NCBI RefSeq assembly: GCF_009914755.1
Contig: NC_060925.1
DNA: 64,000 nucleotides
Direction: 5' to 3' (one strand)
Source: the human T2T-CHM13v2.0 reference genome, Homo sapiens
Below the pieces are notes generated by a model, which was given only the letters and a program-made list of their open reading frames with translations, did not search any database and had not been told where the DNA came from. A program made the position numbers and the translations under genes. Positions 1-16,487 of the stretch are shown here, in pieces; position 1 is the stretch's first letter; each line of letters opens with the position of its first letter.

Positions 1-3000
1 AGTCACTGAATAACTCAGGCTCATTCTCAGGTCTTTGGAGTCACTCCTTCTGGGAAGCATCCCCTAATTCCTCCAACCTCCTGCCCCAGAGGGTTAAGCT
101 CCTCTTACTTTCCCTAATTCTCACCCCTGAGTTTCACATTAACTCTCTGTGCCGCGTAACTGCCCATTTACTTGTCCTTTTTTCCCTCCAGAGGGTGAGA
201 TGCTTGAGGGCAGGAGACAAGCTCTTACTCATCATCATCTCCCCAATGCCCATCACCAAGTTCAATAAATGCTTATTAAATTAAAAAATGGAATCTTGTT
301 TTCCCAAGCATCAGTTTTAATGAATCAATCACAGAGCTGACAAAAGGACCACAAAAAGGAACCACTAACAACTTTACTGTATGAGCTTAAGCAGAAAACA
401 TTATACCTATAGACAGGATTGCTGGGTCATTCCACTTAAATTAAGGCAAAAGTATCTTGAACTATATCCTCATTGTTACTGCAATAACTAACTTTGGTTT
501 CACATTTCCTCTTAATCTCCCAATCAGCCTTTAGCCTCTATTTAGGTAAATTCAAATTTTACATGAATTTTCTTCTGCCTAATAGGTTCCTTCAGCACCA
601 ATTCCTCCAATGACCCCGATTATATCTGTCAAGGACATTAGTCTTTCAAATCAGTTTCAAAGATATCAAGGTCAGACTCATCCAAATGCACCTAAAAACT
701 TACTTCACACTTGAGAAAAGCAGCCTTTTCCTATCCGGCTATATCAGCCAGTCACTCTTCCTATACTCCTACCTAAACATCAGCACTGATCTACCAGGTG
801 CCTGCATTCAAACCCAGAAGTCATTTTTTCTTTGAAATTGATGTTCCCTCCACTTAATTATTAATTGCTGACTCTCTTTTTTCAGATATTCATTTATCTC
901 TTCAGAGAGACCTTCTCTGTCAACCTAATCTTAAGCAACTCAGTCACCACCATATTTTTAAAAATCAAATTCTCTGTACAGCATTTAACGCTAGCTGATA
1001 TTTTAAGTTTTAATGGAACATTAGAATGTTTATTGTTTATCTTCCCCACTGGAATATGGGTTCCATAAGAGCAGTGACCTGTTAGTTTTGCTCACTTCAT
1101 GAACTAGAACTAGACCAGGCTATAATAAATGTGCAGTTAATAACTGTTGAATGAATGAAAAGATAATGGAAGAATGAACGAAATATTTTATCCATGCTGT
1201 CTTATATGGAGGCATAGAATCAGGCCAAGGAGAGTTATTTAAATTATTTGTTATATACTAGCTTGTTTATATCATTTTCTACCTTTTCCCTAGAGCTTCA
1301 TACATGCAAACCTTGGCTTCTGTCATTTGCTAGATGAATTTTCACAAACCAAACACAACCATGTAACCAAAGTTGATTTCAAGAAAAGAACATTACCAGT
1401 ATCCCAGATGCTCCCTTTCTGCTCTCTTCCAGTTATCACCTCCTATAAGAGATAATCGCAAGTTAAAGTCAAGTTATCTTGGCTTCTAACGGCAGAGATT
1501 GTTTTTGCCTGTTTACACACTTTAGAGAGGTGGAATCATATAGTACATATTCATTGGTGATTGGCTTTGTTTACTCAAATATGTATGTGAGATTCATCCA
1601 CATTGCTGTGTGTAGTGGCATTCTGTTGATTCTCATTACAGTAGTGTACAACTTTTAAAGTTCAACACTCATTAACATATTAAAACATAAATTCATTTTT
1701 AATACTCATATATATAACAAAATTTATATAAGGAAATTTAGATTCACTTCAATTCTTTACTCTTTTAAAATAATGTTCTCTATGATGAACATTCTTATAG
1801 CAAAAAACTTTTTTTCAAGTTTTTAAATTCATATTGACAGCTTATTAACATGAAAGTATTAACAATTCATTTTATTATCAACTGTATGTGCCAGTATTTG
1901 CCTCCTAAATTTCTTCAGCAAATGTGGATATTACTGTCTTTTTAAAATTTGTGTCACTTGATAATTTAAAATATGATATTTTATTGCTCTTTTTATTTTA
2001 ACTTCTTTACTTACTAATGAATGTGTGGTCTTCCATATGTTTATTGGCTGTCTTTGTTTATTTTATGAATGACCATTTACGTCTGATTCATCTTTTAAGT
2101 GGAGTATTCACCTTTTTTATTGATTGGTTGAGCAAAAGTTAATCTTTGATCTATTCAGGTTTCCAATGACTGGTTCCATTTTGATAATTTGTATTTGCCT
2201 AGAGAATTGTCCATTTTACTGAAGTTTCTTAATGAATGTGTAGCGGCATCTTGTGATTCTAATTTGCATTCTGCTAATGACTAATTCATTCAGACTTTAA
2301 AATGGATTAGCAACATTTTAAAATTCTGTTCTGAATCTGACATTAATTCTTGTGATTAAATTAGATCTTGTACACATAATTATTAGAAAAGCTTCAAGTG
2401 TTTACATATATACAGAATACATTCTGTGATCAAAAACTTTATTATTCATTTTCTTTCACTTAGAAAATAAAGTACGGATTAGAGAGCAATCTGACTTAAA
2501 TGTGTCACTTTGCCCTTTTCATTTAGCTCATCCAAAGGACCATGCAAGCATTTTTGTGCCCACACTTTCTAACACCGTGAAAAGGAAGACCTTCTAACAG
2601 AGAACTGTGAAAAAAAAAAGACCTCTAATAGAGGTAGGAAAAGGAACGAGGTGTCAGGAAATGTCAGTGAAGGAGACAGACTGGTGGGACAAATAAAAAA
2701 TGAAGAAGGCTTTGGAGCTTGAGACCAGGAAATGAGAATGTGGAATTATTAGAATGTTTTCCTAGAACATGAAACAAACAAAAAAAATTTACAAATAGTA
2801 TTGTTGCTATTAAAATAAGCTTTTTAAAGTCCAGTTTTATTTACAAAATGGCATTGAACATAGAGGCAAGATTCTATTCTGCAAAATAAAGAATAAGATT
2901 TTAAAAATATATTATCATTGCATTTATTCTCAAGAGAGAAAATGGGTTTTAATTAGGATATATGTATGAAAATGAAGCCTCTTAAATACTGGAATGTATT

Positions 3001-3053
3001 ACTTAGAGATCATGTGAAAAATTTTCTGAGGTTGTGATTGAAAAATTAAATCT

Positions 3054-3335
3054 GCTGGATGCAGTGGCTCACACCTGTAATCCCAGCACTTTGGAAGGCC
3101 AAGGCGGGCGGATCATGAGGTCAGGAGATCAAGACCATCCTGGCTAACACGGTTAAACCCTGTTTCTACCAAAACTACAAAAACAATTAGCCAGGTGTGG
3201 TGGCAGGTGCCTGTAGTCCCAGCTACTCGGGAGGTTGAGGCAGAAGAATGGCATGACCCCAGGAGATGGAGCTTGCAGTGAGCCAAGATCATGCCACTAT
3301 ACTCCAGCCTGGGCAATGGAGCAAGATTCTGTCTC

Positions 3336-3360
<25 letters not shown>
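3054..3360 (+). mobile_element. Alu (AluSc/Y-like)
   Basis: Dimer with poly(A); TSD gaaaaattaaatct on both sides. Confidence 0.95.
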
Positions 3361-3366
<6 letters not shown>

Positions 3367-5406
3367 TTAAATCTGAGATGATTTAAAAGTGATTCGAGTT
3401 ATAAGTGGAGGCTACAATGAGGGTGTTTTTCATTTTTCAAGTATAAATTTTAATTTTTCAGGTGAAGATGTTAAAGTTGTTTGGATAAGTGCTACTGGCA
3501 AAGTTGTTTTTTGTAATAGTTTTATAGAAAAATAAATATGTATCAATAAATGAATTAATAATCATTGATCCATGAATTCATTCATTGAAAATTTCACTAT
3601 TTGCATTCAGCATGTAATCAGAAAGCATGTATTTAAATCTTAGAAGCAATGTTTATTAACTCTATGCCAGCTTTTTATTTAAATTTGTAAAGTAAGGAAA
3701 AAAACACTCATTTCATGGTATTTCGAGGATCAACATATAGATAACATATATAATTTCCTAGCATAGGACTGAGCAAATAGTAAATAAAAACATAAGTTAT
3801 CCTTCCCAGTCTTCCTAACTGTAAAATTATGATAATACCTTTTTTTCAGAGTTGCCATGCAGAATACTGTGAAGTAGCTACTGTAATGTACAAGCACCTA
3901 TCAAAATACCTGGCAGCTCAATAGTAAGAGTTCAATCATTCCTTCATTCTTTCCTGACTTTCTATCATTTAATTTCCGTATCAACAATATTTGCTGAGCA
4001 TCTGCTATGTGCACTAGGTCCTGATCCATGAGGGTACATGAGGCAAATGTGATTCCTGCCCTCAAAGAATGTATAATCTTAGCTTGAGGGGAAGAAAGAT
4101 TAATTAATTAATTAATTACAATTGATTGTAAGAGGAAGGAAGAAGCCTTCACTATGAATTCAGCTGACTTTTAACTCTGTCAATGCGGTGCTAGATACTG
4201 GGAATGCAAAAGTTAGGTGTATTTGCTTTAATTTGCTTTGAGAAATTGGCCCATTTACACATCTCAGTGACATTCTAATCCTGCCTCAGCCCCACCCATC
4301 ATTTGTGTTCTATTGTTCATATATGGTTTTTATCCTTCTTGGCTTTCAGAAACAGGTGAAGGTCTGTTGATGACTATTTTGCTATAGCAATATTCACATT
4401 TCCAAAGTCTGAATGGTAAATGGTTAATTACTATAGTTCACGTATAAGGTTGCATTCATGGCAAATAGAATGTAACCCAATAAAAAGGAAATGATAATGT
4501 GTTAGGCCATTCTTGCATTGCTATAAAGAGATACCTGGGACTGGGTAATTTATAAGAAAAGAAGTTTAATTGGCTTACAGTTCTGCAGGCTGTTCGGGAA
4601 GCATAACACCAACATCTACTTCTAGGGAAACCTCAGGAAGCTTACAATCATGATAGAAGGCAATGGGGAGTAGGCATATCACATGGCAGGAGTGGGAGCA
4701 AGAAGGCAGGGAAGTGCCACACACTTTCACCGGATCTCATGAGAACTCACTCACTACCATGAGGACAGCACCAAGCCATGCAGGATCTGCCCCCATGACC
4801 GAATCAGCTCCCACCAGGCTCCACCTCCAACTCTGGGGATTACATTTCAACATGAGATTTGGCAGGGACATATATCCAAACTACATCATTTCACTCCTGT
4901 CTCCCCAAACCTCATGTCCTTCTCAAACTGCAAAATACAATCATGCTTTTCCAATAGTCCCCCAAAGCCCTAATTCATCCCAGAATTCACTCAAAAGTCA
5001 CAAGTCCAAGTCCAAAGTCTCATCTGGAAATGAGTTTCTTCCACCTATGAGCCTTTAAAATCAAAACAAGTTATTTACTTCCATGATACAACGGCGATAC
5101 AAGTATTGGAGAAACATTCCTGTTCCAAAAGGGACTAACTGGCCAAACAAAAGGGGCTACAGACCTCACACAAGTGTGAAACCCAGCAGGGCAGTCATTA
5201 AATCTTAAAGTTCCAAAATAATCTCCTTTGACTCCATGCCCCATATTGCAAGACACACTGCTGGTAGAGGTGGGCTACCAAGGCTTTGGGCAGCTCTGTT
5301 TTGTGGCTTTTCAAGGATCAGGATGTAAGTTGCTGGTGGCTCTATATTTCTAGGGTCTACAGTGCAGTTGCCCCCTTTCCACAGCTCTACTAGGCAATGC
5401 TTTGAT

Positions 5407-6096
5407 TGAAACTGCCTTTGCAAAATTATGACTGAGACAGTCAAAGAGATCTAAGTTAATCAACTCCATCTTGCTTCTACCTCCAAGCTGTTCTTGTTCA
5501 TTCTTGGGTGTAGCCCGAACTAACTTTGGGAGAAAATTAGTTTACAGTTTATAGGTTAAAACAAACACAATAACAGTCCTTTCACAAAGCAGACCTCCAT
5601 CTTGCCTGGGGACTAGATTGCCTTTGTAGGACCAACATTAGCCACAAGATTAGAAATTACAGTTTAGTAGTCATGCAGCTGGAGGATACAATACTCTGAC
5701 CCTTGCTAAACAGCTCCTGAGATCACGCACTTGAGGTATTTTGCAGAACCTGCATTTGATGGATCAGCTGGCACCACCCAGATTGATACTGGCTCATCTG
5801 ATCTTGTGGACCCCACCCAGGAACTGATTCAGTGCAAGAAGATAGCTTAAACTCCATATGATTTCATCTGTAACCAATCAGCATTGCTGGTTCACCGGCT
5901 TTCACCCACCCACCAAGTTGTCCTAAAAAAATCTGCTCCCCAAATGCTTGAGGAGACTGATTTGAGTAATAATAAAACTCCAGACTCCTGCACAGCCAGT
6001 TCTGCGTGAATTACACTTTCTCTATTGCAATTCACTTGCCTTGATGAATTTGCTCTGTCTAGGCAGCAGGCAAGGTGAACTCACTGGGCAGTTACA
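5407..6096 (+). mobile_element. Solo ERV1 LTR (LTR8-like) nested in MST internal region
   Basis: TGAAACTGCCTTTGCAAAATTATGACTGAGACAG...GGGCAGTTACA, 690 bp, TG...CA ends, AATAAA. Confidence 0.8.
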
Positions 6097-6793
6097 GAGT
6101 GGGGACACTATGTGGAGCCTTCAACCCCACATTTCCCCTCTGCACTGCCCTAGTATAGCTTTACTGTGAGGACCTCTCAGAGAAAATTGTCACAGAAAAT
6201 TTCCTATGACCTCTCATAGAAAATGACAGGTCATAGAAAATGTCTCTCAGGCTTATGCAGCAGATTTCTGGCTGAGCACCCAGGCTTTCTCATACATCCT
6301 TTGAAATCTAGGTGGAAGCCTCCAAGCTTCCTTCACTCTTGCATTCTGTGCACCTACAGGCTTAAAACCACATGGAAGCTGTGAAGGATTATGGTTTGCA
6401 CTCTTTGTAGTGGTAGCCCAAGGTGTACCTGGGTGCCTTTGAGCCATGGCTCCAGCTAGAGCAGCCATGATGTGAGCAACAGCCTCCTGGAGTAGCACAG
6501 GGCAGTGGCATCCCTGGTCTGTCCCCTGAAACCATTCAGTTCTTTTGGACCCCTGGGCCTGTGATGGGAGGGGCTGCCTCAGAGATCTTTTAAATGTCTT
6601 CCAGGCCTTTTTCCCATTGTCTTGGCTATTAGCACTTGGCTCTTTTTTAGTTATGCAAATTTCTCTAGCAAGTGGATGCTTCACAGCCTGCTTGAATTCC
6701 TCCCCTGAAAATGGGCTTCTCTTTTCTACCAAATGGCTAGGCTGCAAATTTTCCAAACTTATATGCTCTGCATCCCTCTTAAACATAAGTTTT

Positions 6794-7096
6794 GGCCAGG
6801 CACAGTGGCTCATGCCTGTGATCCTAGCACTTTGGGAGGCTGAGGCGAGCAGATTGCCTGAGCTCAGGAGTTCAAGACCAGCATGGGCAACATCATGAGA
6901 CCCAGTCTCTACTAAAATACAAAAAATAATTAGCCAGGCATATTGGTTGGCACCTGTAGTCCCAGCTACTCAGGAGGCTAAGGCAGGAGAATTGCTTGAA
7001 CCCGGGAGGTGGAAGTTGCAGTGAGCCAAGATCAAGCCACTGCACTACAGCCTTGGGCAACAAAGCAAGACTCTGTCTCAAAAAAAAAAAAAAAAA
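6794..7096 (+). mobile_element. AluS nested in MST internal region
   Basis: Alu dimer with poly(A). Confidence 0.95.
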
Positions 7097-8340
7097 TTTA
7101 GTTTTCAACTTTAAGTCATTTCTTTGCTCTCCCATCTAACCATAGGCGGTTAGAAGCAGCCAGGCCACTCCCTGAATGCTTTGCTGCTTAGAAATTTCTT
7201 CCACTAGGATACCTTAAGTCATCACAATTAAGCTTAAACTTCCACACATCCCCAGGGCATGAATACAATGCAGTCAAGTTCTTTGCTAAGGTATCACATG
7301 GGTGACCTTTGCTCCAGTTCCCAATAAGTTTCTCATTTTCATCTGAGACCTCATCAGCCTGGACTTCCCTGACTCTGTCACCATCAGCATTTTGGTCACA
7401 GTCATTTAACTAGTCTCTAAGAAGTTCCAAAGTTTCCCTCATCTTCCTGTCCTCATCTGAGCACTCCAAACTCTTCCACCCTCTGCCTGTTACCCCATTC
7501 CAAAATCCCTTTAACATTTTCAGGTATCTTTATAGCAAGGCCCACCTCCTTGGGACCAATTTGCGATATTAAGCCACTCTTATGTTGCTACAAAGAAATA
7601 TCTGAGACTACGTAATTTATGAGAAGAGAGGTTTAATTGGCTCTCAGTTCTGCAGGCCTTACAGGATGCAGAGCACTGGCATCTGCTTCTAGGGAAGCCT
7701 CAGGAAGCTTACAATCATGGCAGAAAGTGAAGTGGGAGCAGGCATGTCACATGGCAGGAGTGGAAGCAAGGGGACAAGGAGGTGCCACATATGTTTAACA
7801 ACCAGATCTCATGAGAACTCAGTATTATGAGGACAGCATCAAGCCATGGGGGATCCACCCACATGACCCAATCACCTCCCACCAGGCACCCCCAACAACA
7901 ATATTGGGGATTACAATTCATGGCCTATGAGATTTGGAAGGGCCGTATATCCAAACTACACCCGTTAATAAGTCCTTCATCTGGCTACTGTCGTAGAAAA
8001 TGTCTCTCAGGCTTATGCAGGTATAAAGCAGCCATTTACTTGCAGACATTTTTGGAACACTGTTTTCAGGCTTACCTGCTTATATAAACTTCCTTCTGGC
8101 TTACCTTAGACTTCCTCTTTCCTTCTAATGTGTGTACTTCCCATCGGTAAAGTCATTTCTTCAGGTTTAATTCAATAAGGCAAATATTTATTGAGCGTCT
8201 ATTGTATGCATGTCCTCAGAAATAATGTTTTAAATGTTCCTGGCATGGGAACAAAGTTCTTAGCCATCTCATATTTGTCTATGAGAACAGACTTAATGTA
8301 ATGTATTGGAGTATTCTCCTTGAATGAGCTATATCTGATT

Positions 8341-8801
8341 GGTAAAAACTCAGGACCCCAATTCACTCTGCCAAAAGGAAAAAACTTAAGCTGAAAGATG
8401 AATCATGCAAGAAACTGCCTTTCCATTTGTTACTAAGCAGATGGCTACAGATAAAATGTTAAATACCTCCACAGAGAGCTGCTTTTATCTGAGGTTAAGT
8501 GCTGTTTTCTTATGTTACATAAACTGCTGATTTACAGCGTGTGAGATGAATACATAATTGACTATTCCTGTACCTGCCTGTTTTCCCTTGTATCCTGTAG
8601 ATTACTAGACCCTCCCTCCTTCCCCTTCAGCCAGCTTTTCCCTTCTGAATATTGAAGCCCTCAAAATTATCTCTGGAGAAAGGCACAGACCAAAGATTGT
8701 TTCCTTGATTCCGTGCTTTCTTCTTCCAGCCATGTCCTTAACCTTGGCCAAATAAACCTTTAAATTGATTGAGATCTGTCTTAGATACCTTTTGGTTTAC
8801 C
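8341..8801 (+). mobile_element. MER4-family ERV1 solo LTR
   Basis: ggaccccaattcactctgccaaaaggaaaaa...aaataaac...ttggtttac resembles MER4-group LTRs as recalled. Confidence 0.6.
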
Positions 8802-9325
8802 GCAAGCTTTAATGACTAAGGAAAGAAAATGATCACTCCACATCTGTGTGATGTGGTGGACTGGGAAGGGCAGGTGGAGAGCAGTCATGGGACGGTTTTC
8901 CCTGAAGTAATGGAAACCTATAAAAGATGCTAAAAGCAGGAACCTCAGTAGAGGCCTTTCAGAATCACTGCACTAGGGCAATGAGTGTGGGTTAAGGAAA
9001 TAAGAAAGGCCCTGTGAAGAGGTAGGCGTGGCTGAGCCCCAAGGAATATGGCAGTGCTCAGCAGAATAATGCTTCTTTTGATCTTGACTTCATATCTTTA
9101 AATCAAGAGCTAGAAAAATATTATGAAAGAGTCTCTGCATAAGAGAACAGCACCAATTGTTAGGCTAGGCTGGGAAGCTGCAAGTTCTTGTGTGGGTGTA
9201 AAACTGTAGAAGACACAACCCAGGGAAATTCCTGAGCTTCCAGTAATTCACCCCTTTGCCACCTCCCACCATTCTTGTGGGTCACAATTGCTCCCCTTGC
9301 TTCATTTCCAACTCTAACATGCAGC

Positions 9326-9626
9326 TTTTTGTTGTTATTGTTGTTTTGAGAGAGTGTAACTCTGTTGCCTAGGCTGGAGTGCAGTGGAATCATCTTAGCT
9401 CTCTGCAACCTCCGCTCCTGTGTTTAAGCAATTCTCATGCCTCAGCCTCCCAAATAGCTGGGACTACAGGCTTACACCACCACAGCTGGCTAATTTTTGT
9501 ATTTTCAGTAGGGACAGGCTTTTGCCATGTTGACCAGGTTGATCTTGAACTCCTAGCCTCAGGAAATCCACCCACCTTGGTCTCCCAAACTGCTGGGATT
9601 GCGGGTGGGAGCCACCACGCCCAGGC
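9326..9626 (-). mobile_element. Alu (S-type)
   Basis: Reverse-complement Alu with (TTG)n tail. Confidence 0.93.
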
Positions 9627-10222
9627 TAACAGGCAGCATTAATTGGTGCTTTAGCATCTTGACTCCCTTGCTAGAGTAAACAACTATCTCTGGACATGCC
9701 AGTCATAGAACTCTTAACACCTTGGCCATAGAGATTGGTTCAGAGCGCAAGCACGTGGCCTAAGCCAATGTAACCATAGACCCTCACCAGATATTTTTAA
9801 ATGAAATGGGAGACATATGCACTTTTTCTCAGGCTTGGAATATGTGAGTCTGGAAACATCAGTAGTCAAAGTTCCTGCCTTATGGAGAAAGTCAGTCTAA
9901 GAGATCAACACTGACATGAGGAGAAAAACAAAAGCAGAAACGGAGAGTGATTCCTGCTCTGTGGTTCCCCAAGTCAAATATTACCCTTCTTTCTAAAATG
10001 GTAATAAGCGTGGTGTATTCAAGGAACTGAAGCCAAGTGTGTAAGAAGAGAGTGAAAGTAGATGAGGTTGGAGATCTCAGAAATAATCAATTTTTTTGTA
10101 AGTTAATAGATCTCCATAATGGCTGAGGATAAAAATCACCTGGAAGATTTCTAAAAACATCACTATAGACTTTCATTTATAGTAATGGTAGATTTTGTAA
10201 TTGAAAACAAACTTTGCCCTTC

Positions 10223-11830
<1,608 letters not shown>

Positions 11831-11849
11831 GCAACAATTATTATGATGG

Positions 11850-12157
11850 GTTTTTTGTTTGTATATTGTTGTTGTTTGAGACAAGGTCTCACTCTGTCAC
11901 CCAGACTGGAGTGCAGTGGTGCCATCATGGCTCACTGTAACCTCAACCTCCCAGACTCAAGCGATCCTCCCACCTCAGCCTCCTGGGTAGCTGAGACTAA
12001 AGGTATGCACCACCACAGATGGCTAATTTTTTGCATTTTTAGTAGAGATGGGGTTTCATCATGTTGCACAGGCTGGTCTCGAACTCCTGGGCTCAAGAAA
12101 TTCACCTGCCTCAGCCTCCCAAAGTGCTGGGATTACAGGTGTAAGCCATCACGCACA
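11850..12157 (-). mobile_element. AluJ
   Basis: Reverse Alu with J-type gctcaagcgatcctcccacc. Confidence 0.9.
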
Positions 12158-12509
12158 GCATACTATCGTGTGTTAATGGTGATTTCTATGTTCTCATTTC
12201 TTCATTTATTAATTGCAATGCTTTTAGTAGGATTTCTCCTTTATAGACCCAGAGATATTTATTTTATTCTCTTAGTTATAATCCAATATTTTCATTATTT
12301 ATTTTAGTGAATAAGGTAAAATTCACCACATAACATAAAATTTACCATTTTAACCATTTTAAAGTACAAGCCCTTAACTTTATATGGGAAAGGCAGCCAT
12401 GTGGTAAGATTTGAGATTAGAAAAACCCTGTTGCCAGAGTTAATTCAAAGTAATACAGTGTCTTAAAAAGCTACCATGAAAGATATATTATTTTCTGCTT
12501 TTAAAACTA

Positions 12510-13245
<736 letters not shown>

Positions 13246-14154
13246 TTTCTTCAGGATTATAGAATTTTTAGTTGACAGTTTTTTCTTTCATAACTTGAAT
13301 ATGTCATTCCACTGCCCTTGGGTCACCATGGTTTCTGATAAGAAATTAGCCATTAATCTTATTGAGAATCCCTTTGCACGACAAATCACTTCTCTCTTGC
13401 TGCTTTTTTTTCTTTGCATTTAGCTTTCAACACCTTGACTATAATGTGTCTCTACAAAGATATCTTTGAAGTTACCCTACTTGTGTTATGTTGAAGTTGT
13501 TTTCTTCTATGATTTTTTATTTTTAATTTTTGTGACTACAGAGTGGGTGTATATATTTATAGGGTACATGCAATCTTTCCACACAGGAATGAATGTGAAA
13601 TAATCACATCATGGAGAATAGGGTATCCATCCCCTGAAGCATTTGTCCTTTGTGTTACAAACAATCCAACTATACTAATTTAGTTATTTTAAAATGTACA
13701 ATTAAATTATTATTGACTATAGATACACTGGTGTGCAACCAAATAGTACGTCTTATTTATTTTTGTAATTATTTTTTGTACCCATTAACCATCCCCACTG
13801 CCCCCTGCCCAACTATGCTTCCCAGCCTCTGGTAACCATTATTTTACTCTGTATCTCCATGAGTTCAACAGTTTTTATTTTGAGATCTCATGAATCAGTG
13901 ATACATGAGATGTTTGTCTTTCTGTGCCTGGCTTATTTCACATAACACAATAATCTCCAGTTCATCTATGTTGTTGCAAATGACAGAATCTCATTTTTTT
14001 TATGGCTGAGTAGTACTCTATTGTGTATATGTACCACATTTTCTTTATCCATTCATCTGTTGATGAACAATTAGGTTGCTTCCAAATCTTAGCTATTGTG
14101 AACACTGCTACAATAAACATGGGAGTGCAGATATCATTTTGAAATACTGATTTT

Positions 14155-14546
<392 letters not shown>

Positions 14547-15504
14547 CTAATTTACAATCCAACAGTATATGAGGGTTCTCCTTTCTCCACCTCCTCACTA
14601 GCTTTGATATTGGTTGTCTTTTGGATATAAGCCATTTTAACTGGGGTGAGAAGATAACTTATTGTAGTTTTGATTTGCATTTCTCTGATGATCAATGATG
14701 TTGAGCACCTATTCATGTGCCTGTTTGCCATTTGTATGTCTTCTTTTGAGAAATGTCTATTTAAATCTTTTGCCCATTTTTTGATTGGGTTATTAGATTT
14801 TTTTTTCTGTAGACTTGTTTGAGCTCCTTATACATTCTGGTTAGTCATCCCTTGTCAAATGGGTAGTTAGCAAATATTTTCTTCCATTTTGTGGGTTGTC
14901 TCTTCACTTTGTTGACTGTTTCCTTTGTTAGGCAGTCGCTTTTTAATGTGAGTAAACCTATTTGTTTATTTTTACTTTGGTTGCCTGTGCTCATGTGGTA
15001 TTACTCAATAAATTTTTGCCCAGACCAATGTCCTGGAGAATTTCACCAAGTTTTTTTGTAGCAGTTTCATAGTTTGAGGTCTTAGATGTAAGTCTTTAAT
15101 TCGTCTTGATTTGATTTTTGTATATGGCAATAGATAGGGGTCTGGTTTCATTATTCTGCATACAGATATCCAGTTTCCACAGTACCATTCATTGAAGAGA
15201 CTGTCTTTTTCCAAGTGTATGTTCTTGGCACCTTTGTCAAAAATGAGTTAGTGAACTCATCTCACTAACTGTAAGTGTATGGATTTGTTTCTGAGTTCTC
15301 TATTTTATCCTATTGGTCTAGGTGTCTGTTTTTATGTCAGTACAATGCTGTTTTGGTTATTATAGCTCTTTAGTATAATCTGAAGTCATGTAATGTGACT
15401 CCTCCTGTTCTGTGCTTTTTGCTTAGGATAGCTTTGGCTATTCTGGGTCTTTTGTGGTTCCATATAAATTTTAGGATTGCTTTTTCTACTTCTGCGATGA
15501 ATGT

Positions 15505-15930
15505 TATATTAGTCCATTCTCATGCTGCTAATAATGACATACCTGAGACTGGGTAATTTATAAAATAAAGAGGTTTAACGGACTCAAAGTTCAGTATGAC
15601 CTCAAAAAACTTATAATGATGGTGGAAGGGGAAGCAAACACATCTTTCTTCATGAGACCTCAGGAAACTTACTATCACAGTGGAAGGGGAAGCAAACATG
15701 TCCTTCACATGGTGGCAGGAAGAAGTGCTGAGCAAAAGGGGGAAAAAGCCCTTTATAAAATCATCAGATCTTCTGAGAACTCACTCACTATCACAAGAAC
15801 AGCAGCACAAGGGCAAGTGCCCCCATGATTCAATTATTACCTCCCACTGGGTCCCTCTCATGACATGTAGGGATTATGGAAACTACAATTCAAGATGTAA
15901 TTTGGTTAGGGACACAGCCAAGCCATATCA
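15505..15930 (-). mobile_element. THE1 solo LTR nested in L1 ORF2
   Basis: tatattagtccattctcatgc...gacacagccaagccatatca; 5-bp TSD aatgt. Confidence 0.9.
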
Positions 15931-16373
15931 AATGTCATTTTGATAGGGATTGCATTGAATTTGTAGATTGCTTTGATTAGTATGGACATTTTAGCAATGT
16001 TGATTCTTCCAATTCATAAACATGGAATATCTTTCCATTTTTTGATGTCCTCTTCAATTTCTTTCATCAGTGTTTTATAGTTTTCACTATAGAGGTCTTT
16101 TACTTTGGTTAAGTTGATTCCTAGGTATTTAATTTTATTTGTGGCTATTGTAAATGGAATTACTTTCTCAATTTCTTTTTCAGATTGTTTGCTGTTGGCA
16201 GATATAAATGTTACTAATTTTTGTATGTTGATTTTGTATTCTGCAACTTTACTGAATTTGTTTATCACTTCTAATAGTTTTCTGGTGGAGTCTTTAGGTT
16301 TTCCCAAATATAAGACCATATCATTTGCAAACAAGGATAATTTGAATTCATCCTTTCTAAATTGGAAGTTCTA

Positions 16374-16487
<114 letters not shown>

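Larger units (their letters stand above)
4498..7963 (-). mobile_element. Full MST-family (ERVL-MaLR) element: LTR 4498-4888, internal region, LTR ~7562-7963
   Basis: Two homologous LTRs (ctgggtaatttataagaaaagaagtttaattggc / ccaaactaca) flank a MaLR internal region; degenerate TSD gataa/gttaa. Confidence 0.85.

Noticed and set aside
1-4497. Exons of a neighbouring CLCA paralogue
   Set aside because: No CLCA-like translation was found, only AT-rich DNA, an Alu and very degenerate L2/L1/MIR-like remnants that I cannot delimit reliably.
6253-6813. 186-aa ORF as a domesticated retroviral gene
   Set aside because: It starts in an Alu and runs through MST internal sequence, with no support for a functional protein.
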